Below, in pieces: positions 37,194-46,902 of a stretch of 64,000 nt of DNA (position 1 is the first letter of the stretch; each line of letters opens with the position of its first letter). Under the pieces are notes generated by a model, which ran no database searches, was not told the DNA's origin, and saw only the letters and a list, made by a program, of their open reading frames with translations. Source of the DNA: Cyanobacteria bacterium P01_A01_bin.123. Its GTDB lineage: Bacteria; Cyanobacteriota; Cyanobacteriia; Phormidesmidales; Phormidesmidaceae. The position numbers and the translations under genes were made by a program. The stretch spans positions 64,001 through 128,000 of the forward strand of contig JBCBZT010000008.1 of assembly GCA_039815185.1 (NCBI GenBank), in the 5' to 3' direction.

Positions 37194-39215
37194 TCAAATA
37201 GCTGATTTCAGATCAGATTGCTCTGTTTCACCATTGATGACTAATCCAATGCGATTTGCCGAATTCTGACTGAGATTCTTTAAAACATTCAGGACTGGAT
37301 TTCTTTTACTCGAGTTGGGTTTGATCACAAACAAAACCCGATGGAAAAACTGGCTCATCAATAATGAGACACTCGTTATCGCGATCGCAGAGGTATCAAT
37401 TAAGATATAGTCATAGCAATGAGCAGCCTTGATTCTCTCTAATTCAGCTTTGTACTCTCCCTTGGTAAAAAGCTTAAACTCAGCAGCGGATGAGTTTGCA
37501 AGAGCCGCAATTCCCAGGTCAGCATTGACCTCCCGGTGAATTAGCCCCAAGTCTTTTACGGGTTGTGGGGAAGCATGTTGAAACATATCCATGAGGTTAG
37601 CCTCAACGCTAGTATCTGCAATCAGTACCCTAAAGCCAAGAGCATTAAGTGCTTGAGCTAGACCCAAACTGACAAAAGTTTTTCCCTCACCAGGTTCAGC
37701 ACTTGTAACCATTAGCATTTGGTCATTTTCGAGGAAAGATAAACAATTTGAGGCGAGCAGATTAAATTCCGACAAATGGGTCATTTTGCCCAAACTAGTC
37801 TTGATATCAGAAGACTGTGCCCAGGGAAGAGTGCTAACAAAAACAAAGGATTGTTCCTTGAGATCATCCGGCGTTATCAGAGGATTGCGTCTTTCTAAAA
37901 GAATAATCAACGCCAAACTGGTTACTGCTGCCGCTAACAGGGCATTGAGTAAAGCTAACCTTAAGTTAGGACTACTGGGATTTGGATCAACCTTAGGTGG
38001 ATCTAAAATCTGAACATTAGGATAGGCATTAAATGCATCTAAATTAGACTGCTCTACTTGAGCGACTAGCCCTTTATAGACCCCTTCAGCAACATCGTAG
38101 TTTCGTTGCAATTCCGAAAGCTGAGCTGCTGCATCAGGAATAAGTTCAAACTTTTCCTGCAAACTCTCAACTTCTGCAGCAATCCGATTAGCTTGTTCTT
38201 GTCTAGAAAGGGCAATACTTTCAGCCAATAACATTTGTTGAATCAACTCAGTCCGACCTTCTGCGCCGCTGGTTACGGTCGTATTGATATCGGGTAAATT
38301 GACACCGGCTTCACTCACGTAGCGCTGCAACTCATCGTTTAAGCGATTGTATCGACGAGACAGTTGCTGCATCTGGGGATGAGTGGGAGTAAAACGAACA
38401 CTATTCTCAGCTATTTCAATTGAGACTTCGGTCAATTCTTGACGAACTTGGGTATAGCCCTGGTTTTGATCAAGTCCTATAGCCTGAATAGCTAGCTCTG
38501 GTGTCAGATCTAAACGATCTACTAATACACCAACCTGATCAGCATTAGCCTCTGCATCCGCCTGGATTCGAACATAATCTTCCTGAAGATTATCAATGGT
38601 TGTGATTAAACTCTTTGTTTGCTCATCCGGGTTGATCAGACCAGAAGCCAGTTGAAATTGAGCAAGTTCTGCCTGAGTTCGCTCTAAATTTGATTGGGCT
38701 TCCGAGAGTTTTTCCTGACTGAAGCCACCACGAACAGAGCTATTAGCTTGGCGAAGTTGATTTAGGCGTTGTTGATAAAGTTTGATCAGATTCGTTAGCC
38801 TAGCTTGAGCAATCTCAGGAGTAGAGCCTCTCGTCGAAATTCTTATGACAGGAGACTGCTCTGCAATTGTGATCCGAAACAAACCTTTATAACCAGCAAG
38901 ACTGCCAAAATTTTCGCGCTCTGGATCTTCAGCCCATACAAGCTCCATCAATGCATCACTTTCTAAAATTGTCTCTTGCAATCTGAGTGGATTAATTTGA
39001 GTTGAGAATCGGGGATCTTCATTTTCTAGAGATCCTAATGTTCCTAAGTTAGCGGTCAAATTCGAACTCGCATTTGGCAACACAAGCTGAGTATCAGCAG
39101 CCCAGCTTTCTGAAAATGTGAGCAGCTTAAAGGCGATCACTCCGCCTAAAATCAAAGCATTGGTAATCCACAGGATTGGCCAGTGTCTCAGGACTACTGA
39201 GAATACTTTGTTCAT
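37194..39215 (-). CDS. Polysaccharide co-polymerase (Wzc/GumC-like)
   Basis: Two TMs, coiled coils, TPTHP, Walker A TSAEPGEGKT, YILIDT. Confidence 0.88.
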   Translation of the reverse strand: MNKVFSVVLRHWPILWITNALILGGVIAFKLLTFSESWAADTQLVLPNASSNLTANLGTLGSLENEDPRFSTQINPLRLQETILESDALMELVWAEDPERENFGSLAGYKGLFRITIAEQSPVIRISTRGSTPEIAQARLTNLIKLYQQRLNQLRQANSSVRGGFSQEKLSEAQSNLERTQAELAQFQLASGLINPDEQTKSLITTIDNLQEDYVRIQADAEANADQVGVLVDRLDLTPELAIQAIGLDQNQGYTQVRQELTEVSIEIAENSVRFTPTHPQMQQLSRRYNRLNDELQRYVSEAGVNLPDINTTVTSGAEGRTELIQQMLLAESIALSRQEQANRIAAEVESLQEKFELIPDAAAQLSELQRNYDVAEGVYKGLVAQVEQSNLDAFNAYPNVQILDPPKVDPNPSSPNLRLALLNALLAAAVTSLALIILLERRNPLITPDDLKEQSFVFVSTLPWAQSSDIKTSLGKMTHLSEFNLLASNCLSFLENDQMLMVTSAEPGEGKTFVSLGLAQALNALGFRVLIADTSVEANLMDMFQHASPQPVKDLGLIHREVNADLGIAALANSSAAEFKLFTKGEYKAELERIKAAHCYDYILIDTSAIAITSVSLLMSQFFHRVLFVIKPNSSKRNPVLNVLKNLSQNSANRIGLVINGETEQSDLKSAI

Positions 39216-39469
39216 CGACGGTAGCCTCGATTAGTTGAACGGTTACAAAAAAGTGAATCTAAAGCCCCCTGATAGAAATTTTAACTTTAAATTCGGATTC
39301 AAAAAATACTGGCATGAAAATTAAAAAGCTTATGCGCAAAAATGTAACTTCTACAATGGGGTATTGATCACCGGACATCAGCTCTGACCCTATCAAAAAC
39401 CAAATTCAATTCTCAATCAGACATAATACGAGCGCTCTCTAATCATGAAACCCCCACCTCCATTTCAGC

Positions 39470-40819
39470 TTAGATATCAGGAGAAGGAGTGATCAGCTGT
39501 TCCCATCTGGAATAGCTGATCACATTCTGCTCAGTTTCAGCCACAACTGAGCCAATCCATAAAAAGAAAAACCAAAGGTATATTGCCATCCAACTCAAGG
39601 GAGTCGCTTGTATCAAAATACAAAGTGTGAGAAAACCTGAAAAGGCAATCTGGCAAGAGAGATTCCCATTAATAGCTAAAGTATAGGCTTTCACAAGCGT
39701 GAGTAACAGTGCTGAAATAAAAACAATAAAGCCAATTAAGCCATTAAGATAAAGAACAGCGGAATAAGTAGAAAATGAACCCAGCCCAATATAAGTTGTC
39801 TCATAGAGCCAGACTTGACCTCTAATAACTCCCCAACCCAACCAGATTTTCTCTTGCCAAGCTTCCAGTGTTTTTTGAACAACCAGAGCTCTCGTCTCAG
39901 AAGAAGAAGCGCGGGCACTATCGAACAGTTGCCTTGGCATCTCCAACAGTTGATTGAGCGTCATGCCCATAAAGCTAGAAACCCATAACACAATAGATAT
40001 TGAAAACAGTGGAATTTGACGCGCTAAGTTAAATTTAAAGCTTGCAGTAAGTAACAGGGAGAAGCCAAAACCAAGCCAAGCAGAACGACTAAAACTAATA
40101 GCTAGACCGCTGAGTGCCCCTATCAAGGAAAGTCTACGCAGCAAGGAATTGTTCTCAGTCAAACAGACCAGAAAACAGAGTACACTGCATAATCCTAAAA
40201 TCGGTGGATCAGCAGTATGCAAAATCGTTCTAGGTAAAGATAGACCAAAAAAATCGGCAAATTTAGCTGATTTAACTAATAAACTACTAGAAACACGCCC
40301 AGGAATGGCCTGTGCTAGGGGTGGGACGTAAACCACATTATTGACCCCCACAGCAAGCAAACCCATTTGCATCACTAAGTTACATAAAATCCCGATCGCG
40401 ATAAATGTAATTGCCCGAGTGACAACCTGACTCCTTATGCGTGTTAGAAAAGGAAGACATAGAAAAGCGAAAATCATAAAATAACTCTTAAACAGGGTGA
40501 CTAGCCCTGCTGCAACTGCTGTCAATCCAGCACCCATTTCATCAAGGCCTAACATCATCGTGATGCAGGCAACCACACACATCAAAAACCAGACCCAAAT
40601 AAAAGCAGGAAATGGCTTACGAATGAGTTTATTGAGGGTTAAGTTTTGCAGAAACAAGACAGCTGAGACCGCCGGATAGAAAAGCGGTTGAATTCCCAAA
40701 AGCCACCAAAGTGGCGTCAAGGCAGCTGTCCAAAGAACGATCTTTTCAGTTGAGGAAAGGTTTTCTAGATCTGGCGATCGCACACTAGAGACGAACTGCC
40801 GGAGAAAATCAATAACCAT
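39470..40819 (-). CDS. O-antigen polymerase/ligase family protein (Wzy-like)
   Basis: Polytopic membrane protein with SFSRSAW and WLGWG motifs, inside the EPS cluster. Confidence 0.8.
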   Translation of the reverse strand: MVIDFLRQFVSSVRSPDLENLSSTEKIVLWTAALTPLWWLLGIQPLFYPAVSAVLFLQNLTLNKLIRKPFPAFIWVWFLMCVVACITMMLGLDEMGAGLTAVAAGLVTLFKSYFMIFAFLCLPFLTRIRSQVVTRAITFIAIGILCNLVMQMGLLAVGVNNVVYVPPLAQAIPGRVSSSLLVKSAKFADFFGLSLPRTILHTADPPILGLCSVLCFLVCLTENNSLLRRLSLIGALSGLAISFSRSAWLGFGFSLLLTASFKFNLARQIPLFSISIVLWVSSFMGMTLNQLLEMPRQLFDSARASSSETRALVVQKTLEAWQEKIWLGWGVIRGQVWLYETTYIGLGSFSTYSAVLYLNGLIGFIVFISALLLTLVKAYTLAINGNLSCQIAFSGFLTLCILIQATPLSWMAIYLWFFFLWIGSVVAETEQNVISYSRWEQLITPSPDI

Positions 40820-40846
40820 AACATTAGCAAAAGTTTCGAACTTCGA

Positions 40847-41953
40847 TTAAATCATACCAAGGGCTTCTAGGTACTTTTGTGTACACACTGCTGGGGTGAA
40901 CTGCTGAAGCCACTTAGGATCAACGACTTTCCCCTCTCCAGATAAAACTTTCAAAATCGCTTTAGCCATAGCTGTCTCATCACCGACAGGGGTTAAAAAT
41001 CCATATTTGCCATCAGCTAAAATTTCCGCAGGTCCGCTTGGGCAATTAGTTGAAACAACAGGTGTACCAGTAGCCATTGCCTCTACAAGGACATTTCCAA
41101 ATCCTTCCCAAGCTGATGACAGCACAAAGACATCTGCCCTGCTCATATAAGCAAATGGATTTTGAACAAATCCTGGCATATCTACAACCGCAGTCAATTG
41201 AAGCGCGCTAATGAGCTTTTTAAGTGCCGACTCTTCTGGCCCCGTCCCTAGTATGACTAATCGAGCAGAAATATGTTTCTGCACCTGGTGAAACGCTTTG
41301 AGTAAGGTCGGAAAGTCCTTCTGAGGATGCAGACGCCCTACAGATAGGACAACAGGCAGCTGTTTGGATTGAAACCAAGGATGCTCCACTTCTTGACGAG
41401 ATTGATCATAAATCCGGGGAGACAGTGCAGGATTATAAATGACCTGAATTTTATTAGAGGGGACACTTACCGTTTTAGAAAGGTCATCTGCCACCCCTTG
41501 GGAAATTGCCACAATTTGATCTGCCCAAGGATAAAATAAGCGGGCAGCTAAAGGGGTTAGGCGCACAGAAAGCTGTTTTGAGTTCTTTGCTTCAACAGAC
41601 AGTGTATTTCGCTCAGAGACAACTACCCGTGTTGGCACACCTGCAAGGCGTTTTGCCCATAGCGCAATCTCACAGGGATAATGAAGCGCTGCCAGTAGGG
41701 CACTAGGACGCTGCTGCTTCAAATAATTGACCAGTTTAGGTGGACTCATCAAAAGGTTAGGTGATTTTAGATCAACCACGTTGACCCGATGAGAGACTTG
41801 CTCTAAGTAGGGCCCTGTGGCCCTAGGCAATAGCAAATCGACCTTATAATCTTGATCCACAAAGTTATTGGCAAGACTGACCATCACTCTTTCAGCTCCG
41901 CCGCCGTAAAGGCTACGAATGAAAATAGCAATATCAGTAGAAAAATCAGCCAT
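40847..41953 (-). CDS. Glycosyltransferase family 4
   Basis: GGAERV, GRLHPQKD and EGFGNVLVEAMA motifs. Confidence 0.92.
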   Translation of the reverse strand: MADFSTDIAIFIRSLYGGGAERVMVSLANNFVDQDYKVDLLLPRATGPYLEQVSHRVNVVDLKSPNLLMSPPKLVNYLKQQRPSALLAALHYPCEIALWAKRLAGVPTRVVVSERNTLSVEAKNSKQLSVRLTPLAARLFYPWADQIVAISQGVADDLSKTVSVPSNKIQVIYNPALSPRIYDQSRQEVEHPWFQSKQLPVVLSVGRLHPQKDFPTLLKAFHQVQKHISARLVILGTGPEESALKKLISALQLTAVVDMPGFVQNPFAYMSRADVFVLSSAWEGFGNVLVEAMATGTPVVSTNCPSGPAEILADGKYGFLTPVGDETAMAKAILKVLSGEGKVVDPKWLQQFTPAVCTQKYLEALGMI

Positions 41954-42019
41954 AGCCACTACCATGCATAGCGTTGACAATCACAAGTCAAGCACAGAAT
42001 TTCTCTGATTTCCGGAGTA

Positions 42020-43495
42020 TCACTTAACCAATCGAAGTTTTCGAACTAGTTTTTTAAATACTTGGGCATATTTAAAAAACTGTTCCGGCGAAAGTAAATA
42101 GATTAGGAACACATAGGTCAGAATAAAAATTATTATTTTGCTTCCAAAAAATAAATCAAAGACCCAATAGCTAATCGCATAACTCAGTACCAAAGCTAGC
42201 AGTGAGAATACTATTGGCTTAAGAGCCGTACCTAGAATTTCATACATCGGCCAATGTAAACTTCTACAGCCAATCCACCACCAAAGTAACGTCCAAAAAA
42301 AGCCTAATACTACAGCAGCTGAAATTGCTACACCAACAACATTGCCCAACTTAGCCCCCATCCAAAAGCTCAAGATAGCAATGGGTGCAATGCACAAATT
42401 GACTTTAGCATTGATACCAGGAAAACCTCTTGCCGAAAGCATCGTTTTCAAAGGGGCATTGATCACTCGGAAGTAAGATGCGCTTAATAGCCAAGGCAAA
42501 ATATGTGCAATTTGCGTCCAATTTTGACCGAAAATAAACGCTATTGCTTTTTTATCTAATATCAGAAATATAATCAAATAAAATGGCGTGGTCAAATATG
42601 TCAACTGTCTAATAACTGCTATAAGCGCTTTCTTTTGATCAGCGGGCTTATCAATCTTTGCGAATTCAGGCGTTCCCACCTGATTCATAATAGGATTAAG
42701 TATGGTCGTTAATGCCATTGAAAGCTGATAGGCGAGATTATAGTATCCTAAGCTGGCTTTTCCGAGTAGTCTTCCAACTATAAAATTATCAAGATTCGAG
42801 TTAACATAAAAGCCAAAACTAGATCCAATTGCTCCTGAGCAATAGCTTACAACTTCTCGTACAATTTCTGGATGAAGTCGGATTTTAAGATAAGCATTTG
42901 ATCGAATAATAACTAAGATAAATTCAACTGACCAAAAAGCCATATCACCAATTGCGAAAGACCAATATCTCAGTCCAAGCAACGCAGCACCAATTGTGAA
43001 CGATAACCGGAATCCCGAAGCAATTAGTGTATTTAAGGCCAGAACAGCATATCTTTCCTGTCGCATGAGGACAGCGGAATATGGAAAATATCCAGAGGCC
43101 AAGAACAAGTTAAAGGCATACACTATTAAAAGTGATGATAGAGCAGGCTCACTAAAGAAATTTGAAATTATCGGTGAACTTACAACCAACAACAGCGACG
43201 TAATTGCCCCAGCAGCTAGGCTCACTGTGTAAGTCGTATCTAGATAAGGCTTTTCATCTATTCCTTTATAAAGAATGAATAGACTAGTAGAATTTTGAGT
43301 AAAAAGAATAAAAAACGACCAGAAAACCCATGCTATGCTTACGATTCCAAAATCATCAGGAACAAGCAGCCTAGCAAGTATCAGATTACTGAAAAGTGCA
43401 AAAAAACGCCGCGAAAAATTACCAGCGGTTACCCATATGCCATTCCTTAAGAGAGAAGATTTTTGCATATTTAGCATGTTCTCTATCGTCGGCAA
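42020..43495 (-). CDS. Polysaccharide flippase (Wzx)
   Basis: LARLL.P.DFG and D.FIVGRLLG..SLGYY..AY motifs. Confidence 0.9.
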   Translation of the reverse strand: MPTIENMLNMQKSSLLRNGIWVTAGNFSRRFFALFSNLILARLLVPDDFGIVSIAWVFWSFFILFTQNSTSLFILYKGIDEKPYLDTTYTVSLAAGAITSLLLVVSSPIISNFFSEPALSSLLIVYAFNLFLASGYFPYSAVLMRQERYAVLALNTLIASGFRLSFTIGAALLGLRYWSFAIGDMAFWSVEFILVIIRSNAYLKIRLHPEIVREVVSYCSGAIGSSFGFYVNSNLDNFIVGRLLGKASLGYYNLAYQLSMALTTILNPIMNQVGTPEFAKIDKPADQKKALIAVIRQLTYLTTPFYLIIFLILDKKAIAFIFGQNWTQIAHILPWLLSASYFRVINAPLKTMLSARGFPGINAKVNLCIAPIAILSFWMGAKLGNVVGVAISAAVVLGFFWTLLWWWIGCRSLHWPMYEILGTALKPIVFSLLALVLSYAISYWVFDLFFGSKIIIFILTYVFLIYLLSPEQFFKYAQVFKKLVRKLRLVK

Positions 43496-43510
43496 TGACC
43501 TTTATAGAAA

Positions 43511-44110
43511 TTACTGACCCCAATATCTAATCCAGTTTCTTAAACTCATTCTTGCTCTGTGGATCGAGGATGTTGAATTCTTAGCAGGGTTTTTTCTTGG
43601 GAAAGGAATATCGGGGATTGTTTTATCTAAGAATCCACAGAGCTTGAGCCAAAGGTCATCTTTGCCAAAATTAAGTATCAGTAAATCTTCTGGTCGATCT
43701 TTAAAGTAGGCATTTACACTACTGTAATGAGCATCATAGACATATGAGAATCGGTCAAGATTAAATTGCATACACCCAAAGATTTCAAGCCTGGCCTTAT
43801 TATCCCTAGGAGGATAGGCAGGAGGCTGACTATACCAATTTTCAGCAGATTTTAACCAAGTGTCTTTAGATCTATAGGTAAGTATAAATTTGCTATTAGG
43901 ATAACTGCGATCAAGCTGAGGATAAAAGTTTTCTCCAAAGTTAGTGATTGCATCCCAATCGTCACGAGGATAGTTATAAATGCCTTTTTTATATGACATA
44001 AACCTCAAATCCAAAGGATTATGTAATGAGCGATATCCTAATAGAACTAATGCCGCATTTAAACTAACAGTTCCAGTCTTCGGTAATCCTATGTTGAAAA
44101 TTTTGCTCAT
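43511..44110 (-). CDS. Sulfotransferase family protein
   Basis: PAPS-binding GLPKTGT.SL, KFILT.R....W..S, W..LC.FL and PFP..N motifs. Confidence 0.88.
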   Translation of the reverse strand: MSKIFNIGLPKTGTVSLNAALVLLGYRSLHNPLDLRFMSYKKGIYNYPRDDWDAITNFGENFYPQLDRSYPNSKFILTYRSKDTWLKSAENWYSQPPAYPPRDNKARLEIFGCMQFNLDRFSYVYDAHYSSVNAYFKDRPEDLLILNFGKDDLWLKLCGFLDKTIPDIPFPRKNPAKNSTSSIHRARMSLRNWIRYWGQ

Positions 44111-44137
44111 AATAAAAATAAATTATACTATTTTAGT

Positions 44138-45079
44138 TTAAGTGCCTAGAACTTTCTTGATGGCTAGGGATGCTATCGGATTTAAAGCTACTGAGAGAAT
44201 CGTCAAAAAAGAACGCGGGTCTCGATAGAAAATCGAAGCATCCTGCTTTAAAGCCAATATGATGAACTTCTTTGCCTGTGCTCCATCTCCCATGCTCATA
44301 CATAATCTAGCCAAATAGCGATAAAGATAAGCATATGCAGTTGGCAAGATAGGTTTAACTTCTTGGGGGAAGCGTTGATACGCTGCTTGAAGAACAGCTT
44401 CATGGGACGTTTGCATACCCTCAATATTAAATGAAAGTCCTGAAGGTCGGACTCGATAACAAGATAACTTTTCTGGCACTCGATAGAATGTCCAATTTTG
44501 TGTTCCTGCAATGCGCAACCAAAAATCTATATCTTCAGAGCTCCGTAGTGTTTCATCGAATTCGCCAACCTCATAAAATATAGATCGTCTAAAAATAGCG
44601 TTAGAGCCATGTCCAATAAAATTTTTGAATAACAGTGCTTTGAGTGGATTTCTATCAACAGGCTTACCACTCAGCGATATAAAGATTGATTTTCCATCAT
44701 CTCGAATCGCTTGCGAAGCACTATAAACTACACCAACGCTAGCGTGTTGCTCGAGAATAGCCACGTGAGTTTCGATTTTTCGAGGTCTGTAGATGTCATC
44801 AGCATCAAGCAATGCAATATATTCTGAGTTGGCATGACGAATGCCGTAATTACGCGCAGAAGATAAACCACCGTTAGGTTTACAGACAACTTTAAATCTA
44901 TTGTCTCGATAGCAAAATTGTTTTGCTATGTCGTGAGTTTTATCTGTTGAACCGTCATCAACAATGATGACTTCGAAATGTTCAAATGTTTGGCTGATTA
45001 AAGATTTTAACGCAGATTCAAGATAGGTTTCAATATTGTAAGCTGGAATAACCACACTGACTTTTTCTAGGTTAGTCAT
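44138..45079 (-). CDS. Glycosyltransferase family 2
   Basis: VSVVIPAYN, DDGSTD, LDADD and EDIDFWLR motifs. Confidence 0.92.
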   Translation of the reverse strand: MTNLEKVSVVIPAYNIETYLESALKSLISQTFEHFEVIIVDDGSTDKTHDIAKQFCYRDNRFKVVCKPNGGLSSARNYGIRHANSEYIALLDADDIYRPRKIETHVAILEQHASVGVVYSASQAIRDDGKSIFISLSGKPVDRNPLKALLFKNFIGHGSNAIFRRSIFYEVGEFDETLRSSEDIDFWLRIAGTQNWTFYRVPEKLSCYRVRPSGLSFNIEGMQTSHEAVLQAAYQRFPQEVKPILPTAYAYLYRYLARLCMSMGDGAQAKKFIILALKQDASIFYRDPRSFLTILSVALNPIASLAIKKVLGT

Positions 45080-45155
45080 AGGTTTATTTCAGGGGTTTGA
45101 ATTGGCTACTTTATAGTCTTTTGAGAAAATTATCCTTGGATATTATTGATTACCT

Positions 45156-46082
45156 TTATTTATTATCTTCCACTTTCAGAGGTGACAAGTATGTCGCTGC
45201 AAGTGCAATTTGCAGCAAAAATGCAGGATTCCCTAAGAGATAACGAGCTGCCAAACGTCTTGGCTCTTGTTTTAAGCGAAACAACCATTCAAATCCACAA
45301 TCAGAAATCCATTTTGGACAATTTTGAATAACTCCTGCAAGTCTGTCGATAACTGCACCACAGGGGATAATCACGTTTACATCTAAGCTCTCCTGATTTT
45401 GGAGTACCCACTTTTCTTCAAGGGGCATTCCCATGCCAATCACTAAAATATTAGGGCTGACTTTATTGATCCTTTCAATCAACTCCCGACAAGCCCTAGG
45501 ATCATCTTTCGGGAAATAGCCATGATAACCATTTATTTCTACGCCTGAATATTTTTCACGAGTAGAACTAATTGCTTTAGCTAAAATCTCTGGCTTAGCA
45601 CCTAGAAAGAAAAAAGAAAAGCCAGCATGCTTGGCAGATTCAAGTAAATTTGGGATCAATTCAGTTCCTGTTGCTCTATAGTCTAAGGGTAGATTTAATC
45701 CAAGACCATTAACGGTTTTTAGGATACCGGAGCCATCACACATTGCGATTTCAGCAGTTTGCATGAAATCATAAAACCAGGGTAGCTGGAACGACAAATT
45801 AAAGCTATGAACGTTCCATGATGCAATGACGATCTTTCTCCCTTCTTGACAAGTTTTCGTAACCTCATCAATGATGGTTTGGATTGTCATAAAAGTAATT
45901 TTGCGATCTAGCAGGGTTGCAGTGATGGTTGGATAAGGTGTCTGAGCCTGTAATTCATCAACTCGTAGCGGTGTGGCTAAAGAAATATGAGTCTGTAGAT
46001 AACGACTGTGGGACATAGATCCTATTCCAAAACTGTGTTGAGAGGTTGTAACTACCACAGACAATAGAGATGATTGGCCCAC
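45156..46082 (-). CDS. WecB/TagA/CpsF glycosyltransferase (GT26); start uncertain
   Basis: DGSG, GTEL, GYHGYF, GMGMPLEE and EWLFRL.QEPRRL..RY motifs. Confidence 0.9.
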   Translation of the reverse strand: MGQSSLLSVVVTTSQHSFGIGSMSHSRYLQTHISLATPLRVDELQAQTPYPTITATLLDRKITFMTIQTIIDEVTKTCQEGRKIVIASWNVHSFNLSFQLPWFYDFMQTAEIAMCDGSGILKTVNGLGLNLPLDYRATGTELIPNLLESAKHAGFSFFFLGAKPEILAKAISSTREKYSGVEINGYHGYFPKDDPRACRELIERINKVSPNILVIGMGMPLEEKWVLQNQESLDVNVIIPCGAVIDRLAGVIQNCPKWISDCGFEWLFRLKQEPRRLAARYLLGNPAFLLQIALAATYLSPLKVEDNK

Positions 46083-46815
46083 ATTTTAAGTTCGATGCAT
46101 CCAACCGAGATAACAAATTCACATAATGACTCCTACTCACCGATTTAAGCTATAGCCAGCTTTCTTGATTGTTGAAAAAATCCACACCAGGCACTGAACA
46201 TACTGATTTCAGAAAGACGTGAAATCGAACCAGTCCCGACGCTCGACATAAGATGAACACTAGATTCTGAAAGCCTATACAATTATTACCTGAGGTATTT
46301 CAGCCATAGCTTTGTCAAACACTTTTGCGATCGCCGCAGTGAGACAAGTGAGGTGATATAGACAGTTGCATTCCTTGATGTTTGAAGTACGTTTCAGCTG
46401 GATTGTGCAATAACTTACGCATTAAACTCAAACTTCACCAACATCAGCAGTGCTCTATACCTAACAATTGTGCGGTTAAAAGCTTAGCAGAAACTCTCTA
46501 ATCAGGCTGATTTCGACCTTTACCGTGGACATTGCCTCATAGATGTACCTACTATACCAAAATAAAATATTCCATATTCTACGCACAACCTGTGAGACCT
46601 CAGTATTTTTTCGCGTTTGCTTAGCAAAATCTTTAAAGTTCTTTTGTGACCCACAAGATAATACAGACCAAGCTAAAAAATGGGAACACTTGATACACTA
46701 AATACGTCTGCTAGGCACTTTGCTGGCTCTACAGAACCGCTTATATCTTGCTGAAGCCCCAGTCATGGGCCTTGCATTAAGCAAAGGGCGAGTTCGTAAT
46801 TTGGTAAATATGCGA

Positions 46816-46854
46816 AAAGCGGGTAACGAAAATTGAATTTTCGTTGCCCGCTTT
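46816..46854. terminator. Hairpin downstream of the 1669-aa gene (likely terminator)
   Basis: aaagcgggtaacgaaaatt-g-aattttcgttgcccgcttt inverted repeat. Confidence 0.65.
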
Positions 46855-46902
46855 ATCACTAACGTCTCGGGTGAGTTCTCCATGGAGGAGCTCAAGCAAA
46901 GC

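Noticed and set aside
46083..46800. Long intergenic region as a hidden gene or array
   Set aside because: No convincing ORF, repeat or fold was seen. It is probably the regulatory region of the EPS operon.
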